Source: Giardia intestinalis (taxonomy: Eukaryota). From it: a DNA stretch of 64,000 bases. The notes under the pieces are model-generated. The model did no database searches, had not been told where the DNA came from, and saw only the letters and a program-made list of their open reading frames with translations. The position numbers and the translations under genes were made by a program. The stretch lies in the NCBI GenBank assembly GCA_000002435.2, contig CM018789.1, one strand, 5' to 3'. This document shows positions 29,651 to 37,722 of the stretch, piece by piece (positions within the stretch are counted from its first letter, which is position 1; every line of letters starts with the position of its first letter).

Positions 29651-31009
29651 ACACTCAGGAGCCGTGCACACCGGGACAGAGAGGGTGACCAAGGGGAGTC
29701 AAGCAGCCCTGCCATGAGAGTGCACAGCAACCAGCCTGAGCTGTAGAGTCTGCTCGAGCGATGGTAGTGGCAGACGACTCCCTCTGACAGCAACCCTGGT
29801 GACTGCACTGGTCTGCTCTCGAGGCTGAGTGACAGTGTGCACAGATGGACATGAGTGCAGGAGGACCATCCACACACGAACAGACTGTGTGGACCCAGAG
29901 AGGACTGGAGTCTGCTCGGGACACGCTGACTGTGCCCCGTACGAGAGTGTCAGGCAACCACCCGAGCACCCGAGAGGCAGCAACAGACACGGGCACTAGA
30001 GATCCCCAGCCAGACACATTGCTATGCCCATCCACAGGGGCATCAGAAGGCCAGGTGGGGTCACCCTCACAACCAGGACCTGATAGGAAGCCAGAGGACT
30101 CAAACACTACAGCAGAGCAGGCCCAAGGGAGGCACACTCCAGGCAGGCGAGCAGTGGCAGAGCCTTGATAGCTGCCATCCACCCCCATGACACCTATAGC
30201 AGGCACCAGACTCACCGAAGGCTCCGCTGGCCTCCACCGATGACCCGAGGGGACAGCGACCAGAGGAGTGAGGAGACCTTCGGATGACACAAGAGGCCGG
30301 CTGTCCAGCAAGCGATGGAACACAGGTGACCTCTGAGCACCATAAGGCACAGAGCCAACCATCAGAGTGATGCCCGATCACAGAGACGACCACGAGCACC
30401 CTCCACCGCACTCTGAGGGGCTGTCAATCATCCCACTGCCTCTCATAGCAGACCTCCTTAAGGGCAGTGCAGTGGGGCCCAGCTCATGCAGGGAGGTGCA
30501 CACCCCTCAGTATAGGACACCCCGGCTCTCCCCGAGGGGTCATCAGAGCCACGAGGAGGTGTCAAGGTCCTGGTAGACCACACCGAGAACTCCCGAACAG
30601 GCACAGCAGGTGATGTTGGGTGATCCTCAGCGTGCTCCTCTCTGATGGTAGAGCATCCTGAGACCAAGGGGGCTCACCTCTGCCTATGAACAACACACAG
30701 CACTCCACAACGAGGATCCACCAGGAGCAGCACAGCTGACCACGGGGACAGTGCAGCCACCCGGTACCCCACCGTGCCAGTCTTCTGGGCCATCACACTA
30801 GAGGCCTGAGAGAACCCCATCCCATCCACAGGGTCATCCATGCCCCTGCTAGCCCGAGGTGAACTACCCCCGTCGAGGCACTGGACAGGGCATGCCAGGG
30901 GCCCAGCAGACCCGCACAGAGCAACAGGAGAGGCTACGATAGCCTGCCTCACCCTTCACGTACTAGTCAAACAGAGAGGTAGTACTGCCTGAGGCATGCA
31001 GAGGCCAAG

Positions 31010-31650
31010 GGAGGCGCTCAGTCAGGGGGACACGACACGATCGTCGGTGTCTGTGTCTCGGGAGTGCAACGAAGGCTGGGGATCAGACACAACCACCTTG
31101 GCAAACAGAGCGGGGATCACCCACCACCCCAATGGCCCATCAGACCCAGGGGCACATACAGACATCACTCCCAGTCCCCTCCAGCCCTCACCGCCCCATA
31201 CCCCGCCTCACCCATCATCCGAACCCGCTGGGACCCAAGCGACCGCGACTGTAGAGCACTGACTCGAGCCACAGCCGGATGGACACCGAGGGGCGGCCAG
31301 TGGAGAGCCCCGACAGCAATCACCGAGTCAGACGGGAGCATCTAAAAAAGACGGCGACCAGAGCTTCACCCACCGTGAAGGAAGACCAAGGAGAGGCGCC
31401 ACTGGTGGACGACGCAGATGGGTAAGTAAGCTGAACCCCTAAAGGACCGATGTACGCATTCGGTCTGAGCACACGCTTGTGGAACGACCGAGGAGCGCAC
31501 CAGGCTCTGGATGTATCACTGGAGAGGATTCTCTCGTTATATTATTCACAACCAGCCATCGTCTCTGGACTGGTCAGGAAGGAGCGATGATTACCCACAC
31601 GATCTCTGGACCGCGCTCAGATAGCCCCAGCAGCACATCTACATAGGCTA
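31010..31650. repeat. Right arm of the inverted repeat. Ends about 15 nt from the VSP polyA signal
   Basis: Reverse complement of the left arm. The short ORFs 29328-29654 (-) and 31064-31345 (+) end with the identical peptide ...GGQWRAPTAITESDGSI, which confirms the mirror symmetry. Confidence 0.85.
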
Positions 31651-31663
31651 CATAAAGTAACGC

Positions 31664-31670
31664 GTTTACT
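31664..31670 (-). terminator. VSP polyadenylation signal AGTAAAC
   Basis: The minus strand reads GKA-TAA-cttaggt-AGTAAAC, the characteristic arrangement at VSP 3' ends. Confidence 0.6.
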
Positions 31671-31677
31671 ACCTAAG

Positions 31678-33528
31678 TTACGCCTTCCCTCTACATATGA
31701 ACCACCAACACAAGAAGCCTATGAGACCACCTACAACAACAATCACAGCAACGGAGATCCCTGCTATGGCCCCTGTGGAGAGGCCACTCTTGTTTGTACT
31801 ACCACCGGTGTTATCATCACCACCACTAGTGCCGTCTGTTTTGACATAGCAAGTAACAGAGCCACTACCACCAGCCGGAGGAGCGCAGCTTATGCAATTA
31901 GGCACACCAACTATTCCGTTGGCACTAGCATCACACTTCACGCAGCTACTTCCGGACTTATAGTATCCGGGGAGGCATTCTGAGCATGCTTTGGGACTAC
32001 CACTAGTCGCGCACTTTGAGCACCCATCCGGACACGCCGGGCAGGAACCCGAAGTGGTATCTGCTGCTTGCCCATTGGCACATGTCTGGCACTTTCCATC
32101 GCTAGCCGTTGTGCACAGCGTATTACCCGGAAAGGCTCCGGCGCTGTAGCACCCACCCGATTGCAGGAAGTATGAGCCTGTACACGCAGTACATACTCCG
32201 TCACCCGGCGTGCATCCAGTCGGCGCCCTTGTCGTTGTCGACACACAGACGCCGTCCACTGGGACGTATCCGGCCTTGCACCTGCTGCAGTACTTGGAGC
32301 CACCTACGACGGCCTTGCACTGGTCAGCCTCGCAGTTCTCTGCGTACCTTCCCGTGCACTCTTTTATGCACGCTCCTGTGTCACCAGACGACCGATTCAG
32401 CACAGACCCCGGATAGCAGGCCGTGCACGACGCTTCTGCGTCATTGCTACAGCTTGCGCACGACTCGTGGCAGGGGGTGCACACCTTGCTGTTGGCATAC
32501 ATCCCGGCAGGGCAGGCTGTTAGACACGCGTCCTTCAGGGGGCTCAGGTTGTGAGTGGTGCACTCAGAGCACGTGATTAGTGGGCCTGCGCTTGCAGGAG
32601 TTGCCTTGAGAGAGCACTTTGCACAATCCTCTATGCCACCATTGACAGTATCGCTGCACTTAGCACACACCTTCTTGCCCTGTGCATCGGCTGTGGGGAA
32701 GAATCCATCCTTACACTCCTCTGCGCTAACACAAGAGGTTGTCCCCGATTCTGTCTTCAGATATTTGTCTTGATCACATTTTTCACAGACAACCTTAGTA
32801 TCATATGTGCATTTGACACAATTTGGCACCCCTGTCGCGGCTGGAATTAAGCTTGCTTCAGGCGAACTACACGACTGGCAAGTCTTTAGCTGCTTTCCAC
32901 TTGTTGCTGTGTGCCCGAAGTATCCTTCCGGGCATTCAGTCAGACATGCAGTTCCACCTTCGATTGGGGCGTGTAGAAAGTCAGTCGTACACTTAGTACA
33001 GGTCGCGGTGGTAGCTAAGTTATCTAGTGTGCATTCAGCACATCCTTCCACGCCCTTATAAATCTTGTCGCTTTTCCCGTTCGCTCCCTCACTGTCACTG
33101 CACGACACGACAGATTGATGAGAGGCGTCTGCATCTGTTGTTGGAATGATGAAGTATCCAGCTGCAGGAGTGCTACATTTTCCTTCAGGTGCACTAGTAC
33201 ACATTTCGTTCCCTGGAGAACCTCCCGAATTATAGCATCCGCTTTTGTACATGAAGTATCCATCTTTACAAGATCCGCACTTTCCTTCAACTGGATCAAT
33301 GCACTTCGTATTTGCTTGATCCGTTGCACTCACTACACACGTTCCGTCAACAAGGTGTTCGTTATCCACGGAACATTTTGAGCAATAAGGCTGTTCTCCT
33401 ATGGATACATCACAGTGACCCTTTTTACACTTAGTAGTGTCATGAGTCCCCGGATTTCCATCATCTTCCAGGCACGCTGCCCAAGCCAATTGCAATATGC
33501 AGTTTGCGAAGAGAATTTTTTCGAACAT
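31678..33528 (-). CDS. Variant-specific surface protein (VSP), intact (616 aa)
   Basis: N-terminal signal peptide MFEKILFANCILQLAWAA. Dozens of CXXC motifs and GGCY motifs. C-terminal TM helix followed by the invariant CRGKA-stop tail (...FLCWWFICRGKA*). AGTAAAC polyA signal 7 nt after the stop. Confidence 0.95.
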   Translation of the reverse strand: MFEKILFANCILQLAWAACLEDDGNPGTHDTTKCKKGHCDVSIGEQPYCSKCSVDNEHLVDGTCVVSATDQANTKCIDPVEGKCGSCKDGYFMYKSGCYNSGGSPGNEMCTSAPEGKCSTPAAGYFIIPTTDADASHQSVVSCSDSEGANGKSDKIYKGVEGCAECTLDNLATTATCTKCTTDFLHAPIEGGTACLTECPEGYFGHTATSGKQLKTCQSCSSPEASLIPAATGVPNCVKCTYDTKVVCEKCDQDKYLKTESGTTSCVSAEECKDGFFPTADAQGKKVCAKCSDTVNGGIEDCAKCSLKATPASAGPLITCSECTTHNLSPLKDACLTACPAGMYANSKVCTPCHESCASCSNDAEASCTACYPGSVLNRSSGDTGACIKECTGRYAENCEADQCKAVVGGSKYCSRCKAGYVPVDGVCVSTTTRAPTGCTPGDGVCTACTGSYFLQSGGCYSAGAFPGNTLCTTASDGKCQTCANGQAADTTSGSCPACPDGCSKCATSGSPKACSECLPGYYKSGSSCVKCDASANGIVGVPNCISCAPPAGGSGSVTCYVKTDGTSGGDDNTGGSTNKSGLSTGAIAGISVAVIVVVGGLIGFLCWWFICRGKA

Positions 33529-34002
33529 TAGCTAATAGCAGTAAGGAGTGTCCGAAAGATAGTCTCATCCTGCGCTTGCTCCTCTGCTCAGGCCCACGGT
33601 CTCCTGTCTCTGGCACTGAACCCTGAACTATGTGCTGGGCGGGCTTCAGAAGCGAAGAGCGGCGCACACTGTGAACGAAGAAAAACTGCAAGGTGAGACC
33701 ACAATTCTGCCATACAAGATCCCCTATAGCCACACGCTCATCATCAAAGTTCGATTTATTCCATCTAGATGAGCAAATGATACTTCGTACCTGTATCGAA
33801 TCTTAAACGTCTCGCCCACGCATTACTTACGTCGCTAAACCACCGTTCTGAGGGCGAGATATCTTTCAGCATTTATAACCAAAAAATTAAGCTCACCCAA
33901 AGTCAACGGAGCGCCAGCTACGTGTTATGGGCAGCGAAAGTACCAGAGCCAAAGAGTTCCTCTGATCGCCTGGCCGGAGCACATTTGTGATCTCCTATAC
34001 CT

Positions 34003-35997
34003 TCATTTAATTAGCGTCCTCTGGGAGGATGCATTCACCAGCCAGCCTGCTATAGTGCGGGGCGCAGACCACAAGTCACAGGGTGCTCCATGATATACTT
34101 CTGTAGTGGTGTCTGAGAGTTCGACTTGCAGGGCCTCGGCAACCCTAGTAAGGACCTCCACACGTTCTTCATCAGATCCAAATAGATCACACTCTATCGT
34201 TGACGGACCCCTTGTGCAATCATACGCAGAGATAATTAGAAGAGAGAAAGTAGTATTTGGCAGAGAGAGACCGTTTGAGACGAACTCATCCAATTTGATG
34301 GCTTGGGAGTTGTGCGCTGCAGCCTGAGAAATTGACGCCATATACCCCTCTGAAAAGGTGCACAGAGATGTTCGTCTACGAAACTGGCCAGCTTTAGATA
34401 TTTCAACATCGGGGACCATGTCTGAAAGATGCATCACGTAGTCGTGTATCTCTGTGTACTTTCCTGTGTCATATACGTAACTAGCCAAGCTAAAGGAGGC
34501 GATTACCGACTTTACAGGTTCTAACTTTCCTTCCTCATTCTGCAAGATAGCTGCTGAGGCATTAACACCAAATAACGCTTCTAAAACAAGATGTTGTGGG
34601 AAGTAGTCTATTCCAACTACCTCATCCACTGGTACTACAAGAGTTTGTAAGGCTCTGGCTGCCAGCTTAGCCCAAGTGAGACACACCGAGGTCCCGCTAC
34701 CATGGCCCACGCAGGTAAATCTCACCCTCTGTGAAATTAATTCTGTGGAAATATTTTGCTTGGCAAAGCAAGCCTCGATATGTCGAGCATCAGTCAACTC
34801 ATATTGTTTCGAGTCAGGATTGTATCTTGCAGGCAGCTGGCAACGCTCGCGAAGGTCAAATATCAACTCAGCTGCGAGCAGAAGAGCTATATTATTCACC
34901 ATCTTGGCCTCTGTGACAAGCTCCAGAGGATACTTCCCTACACTGGATGACCCATATCCGGGTCTATCTACGAGGACATAAAGGCACCCATATGGGTCCA
35001 GTGCCGATGCATTGCGAGCCAGAGGTAGAAGGGTGGTGCTGTCCTGCCCTTGATCATGAAGCATAATAGTTATGCAACTGTAAGTGCCTGAATCTTCTTG
35101 AGTAGACCTAGCGATGTCGAGACTCGCCGAAGATATGTATCTTCCTGTTTGCATCTCATCATCAACATAACTATACAGGATAACTGAGCGGCTTGTCAGG
35201 GATTTTGAGGAGGACGTGGCCAATAAGTAAGTCTGTGAGCAAAGAAAAATGTGGATACAAAGGGATAAAATTAATAGGATTGCTACTATTGCTAATCGTG
35301 CCGTTACTGGGATATTAGATAGTCTGGATGTCTTTGGTTGCTCGACAGTACTAAGAACGTCCTCAACCTCAGGCTGGTCGAAGAGTAGCGCGTTATCACC
35401 TTCACATTGAGCCCCATTATAACCGCCATCAGATACTTTTGAGGGGTCAAAGCAGGCCACCTCCGCCCTGGTGGATTGGCTTGGGGTTAAACTCTCGATT
35501 GGTGTTTCCGAAAGCAGAGATGCGGTAGTAGATGGAGCAGTCTGAGTGTTGCGAAGTTTGTGCGATAAATGACTTTGTGCAGAAATCCAGAGAACACTTA
35601 TGTGTAGAAGGATGGCTGTACTTAAATAGACCACTGCTGCGGAGACATACCTAAGAGCATATGTCATAAATATATCCACTCCTATCTTCAATACGGCTAT
35701 GACACTGATAAAGATTAACTCAAGAGAAGACTTACGGTTTCTGAAAAATATCACGGCAATAAGTTCAAAGAGCACAGAAAATGCATCAAGAGCATTGGCA
35801 ACAGCCATCCAGAGAATCATCCACGGGCCTATTGGTGAACTATAGTCCATGACACCCACAAGTGGAAGTGATTGCGCAATAATTCCAATAACAGATTGGA
35901 GGGTTCCTATTACTGCGATACACGTAAGGCAGAGCTCAACGATGAACAGAGAGCCCTCCCTGGTGCAGGCCCCGGGGCGCCTAAAGGCAGCCGGCAT
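34003..35997 (-). CDS. Multi-pass membrane protein (about 5 N-terminal TM helices) with a C-terminal alpha/beta-hydrolase-like domain (664 aa)
   Basis: Hydrophobic helices in the first 150 aa. DRPGYGSS (abhydrolase D-x-x-G-x-G-x-S box) and VGHGSGTSV at the nucleophile-elbow position, which is degenerate relative to GHSxGG. ATG at 35997, 12 bp from the upstream gene's stop. Confidence 0.65.
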   Translation of the reverse strand: MPAAFRRPGACTREGSLFIVELCLTCIAVIGTLQSVIGIIAQSLPLVGVMDYSSPIGPWMILWMAVANALDAFSVLFELIAVIFFRNRKSSLELIFISVIAVLKIGVDIFMTYALRYVSAAVVYLSTAILLHISVLWISAQSHLSHKLRNTQTAPSTTASLLSETPIESLTPSQSTRAEVACFDPSKVSDGGYNGAQCEGDNALLFDQPEVEDVLSTVEQPKTSRLSNIPVTARLAIVAILLILSLCIHIFLCSQTYLLATSSSKSLTSRSVILYSYVDDEMQTGRYISSASLDIARSTQEDSGTYSCITIMLHDQGQDSTTLLPLARNASALDPYGCLYVLVDRPGYGSSSVGKYPLELVTEAKMVNNIALLLAAELIFDLRERCQLPARYNPDSKQYELTDARHIEACFAKQNISTELISQRVRFTCVGHGSGTSVCLTWAKLAARALQTLVVPVDEVVGIDYFPQHLVLEALFGVNASAAILQNEEGKLEPVKSVIASFSLASYVYDTGKYTEIHDYVMHLSDMVPDVEISKAGQFRRRTSLCTFSEGYMASISQAAAHNSQAIKLDEFVSNGLSLPNTTFSLLIISAYDCTRGPSTIECDLFGSDEERVEVLTRVAEALQVELSDTTTEVYHGAPCDLWSAPRTIAGWLVNASSQRTLIK

Positions 35998-36006
35998 CTG
36001 AAAATA

Positions 36007-36013
36007 ATTTACT
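36007..36013 (-). terminator. AGTAAAT polyA signal of the CCCH gene, overlapping its TAA stop and lying 10 nt upstream of the next gene's ATG
   Basis: The minus strand reads gcc AAG TAA ATt att ttc ag ATG. Confidence 0.5.
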
Positions 36014-36590
36014 TGGCTGTGGCTGCTCCGGGTTTTGAGACACTTATGTGTGCATGCCCTGGTTTATCAGGCGACGTCTCACCGTCCCGACACAGGAGAG
36101 ACTCTGCCTCTACGTACGTATCTGAAAACCTAATGCTGCACCCAGGACCTTCCTTGATCTGGTGAGCTATGACGACACGGCTCGAAGGCTCGTCCTGTCG
36201 AGACTCCCGCAGGAATTTGTTGTATGCAGCAATAACAGATTGGTCTATGTGAGAGGGTTCGCTAAAGAGTGTGGGCTGCGTGGTGTCGCAAACTAGCCCA
36301 TCCGGGGATTGATGCAGGAAATTGCAGCGTCGACCATACGGGCAGTATCCATGCGTGATGAAATCTGTGCACAATTTCATATCCTTCACATTGCTTCTGC
36401 GCCTATGCTGAAACTCCTCCATGGAGTGGGCAAATTGGCAACGGTCCCCATAATCACATCTACCAAACTCTGCAAAGCAATTACAAAATTCAGTCTTGTA
36501 TTTTGCTCCTGTGGATGAGCTCGTCTGGCCTACCGCTAGGGACTCCGCGTTCCGAAGGGAAGACTCCATATTGCGCATCACTATGCTCAT
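36009..36590 (-). CDS. Tandem CCCH zinc-finger protein (TIS11/tristetraprolin-like TZF), 193 aa
   Basis: Two C-x8-C-x5-C-x3-H fingers, each preceded by the YKTE-like lead-in: YKTEFCNCFAEFGRCDYGDRCQFAH and KDMKLCTDFITHGYCPYGRRCNFLH. Initiator ccatttaaataatttttcaaaaaataaaggATG. Confidence 0.8.
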   Translation of the reverse strand: MSIVMRNMESSLRNAESLAVGQTSSSTGAKYKTEFCNCFAEFGRCDYGDRCQFAHSMEEFQHRRRSNVKDMKLCTDFITHGYCPYGRRCNFLHQSPDGLVCDTTQPTLFSEPSHIDQSVIAAYNKFLRESRQDEPSSRVVIAHQIKEGPGCSIRFSDTYVEAESLLCRDGETSPDKPGHAHISVSKPGAATAK

Positions 36591-36629
36591 CCTTTATTTT
36601 TTGAAAAATTATTTAAATGGAAAAGAAAG

Positions 36630-37691
36630 CTATTCCGTCTTCCCTCCCAAAGGCAGCTCTACCCAGTCTGCTTGCATGATGAGCTCGTCTATATTCAAGT
36701 CTTCCCAGCGCATGCCATCTATTGGATCAGGATCCACGACCTTGGCAAGATATTGGTCCTGAATCCCCTCTTCACTAGAGTTCAATTTATGCAGAAAATC
36801 CTCAAGGTTCTGTAAGTACAACATGTTGATATGCTCGAAGATCATCTCTACATGACCACGCCTAGAATCCTCTACACCCCCTTCCCCTCGCTGGAAGCCA
36901 CAATCGCTGAGATACAACGTGGTAATCTGCGCTGTGAGATCACTATCAATGGGTACGCCGTACCTCAGCTCTTGGAACTTTGGACTGCATAGAACAGCCT
37001 GCAAGATCGCATCTCCTTCTTCCTCATCCACCCCTAAACTTTGAAGCGCCTTCATGGCACAATCAGTGAATGACACTTCCGAACTCATGTTTCTTAGTAT
37101 ACACACGGTGCCCGTGAGAGCCCGGCCATCGATGCCTTGCTGTGTAAGATGGTTGATAAAATGCGACAGAGACAGACAGCCCCGCCTGCATTTCATCTTG
37201 GAGAGCTCTCTGGCTGCCATCCGTATCAGGTTCTCTGCTGAATCTGCCTCCTGCGGCTTCAGTATCGAAAGAAGGAGCAGCACTATCTCGTCTTGGGTGA
37301 TAAAGAGCCTCTGCACTCTTCCAGACGGATAGAGTCCAAGCACAAGTAGCAGGTCAGAGAAGGCATCCTTCCACGGCTGTGGGTCGTCGACTAGGCGATC
37401 CACAGTAGCAGACCATAATGCGGTTACAAGGCGCAGCAGAATCTCGTCGTCAACGGCTTCGAGCATAGAGGCAAGATCTGAAAGCCGCAGATCCTGTCCA
37501 CTCTGCTTGTGGAGCTCTGCTGATGCGTCGCTAAACAGTTGCTGCGTGGCCTCAGCAAACTGCAAAACGTCATTGTTACCGGTTTCTGTCATTAGAAATA
37601 GCTGGATCAAGCGCTCGAAGTCCTCAGGTGTTGAGACACCAAGGTACCTTGCTTCGAGGTACACAGAAAAGACAAGGGGCCTCTGGACCAT
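36630..37691 (-). CDS. Hypothetical protein (353 aa)
   Basis: ATG start. Coding-type codon bias. No motif recognised. Confidence 0.6.
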   Translation of the reverse strand: MVQRPLVFSVYLEARYLGVSTPEDFERLIQLFLMTETGNNDVLQFAEATQQLFSDASAELHKQSGQDLRLSDLASMLEAVDDEILLRLVTALWSATVDRLVDDPQPWKDAFSDLLLVLGLYPSGRVQRLFITQDEIVLLLLSILKPQEADSAENLIRMAARELSKMKCRRGCLSLSHFINHLTQQGIDGRALTGTVCILRNMSSEVSFTDCAMKALQSLGVDEEEGDAILQAVLCSPKFQELRYGVPIDSDLTAQITTLYLSDCGFQRGEGGVEDSRRGHVEMIFEHINMLYLQNLEDFLHKLNSSEEGIQDQYLAKVVDPDPIDGMRWEDLNIDELIMQADWVELPLGGKTE

Positions 37692-37722
37692 TTTTTCTTT
37701 GAGACGATTTGTGACAAGGACC

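Noticed and set aside
29655-30362. 235-aa minus-strand ORF, and other ORFs of 60-130 aa, inside the inverted-repeat spacer
   Set aside because: The ORFs are GC/AC-skewed with Pro/Arg/Ser/Gly-rich translations. They have no ATG or initiator context and no similarity to known proteins. The ORFs in the arms are mirrored in both arms, as expected for non-coding palindromic DNA.
32109-32576. Antisense ORFs inside the VSP gene (also 31938-32303)
   Set aside because: They are shadow ORFs produced by Cys-rich repeats and lack VSP or any other signature.
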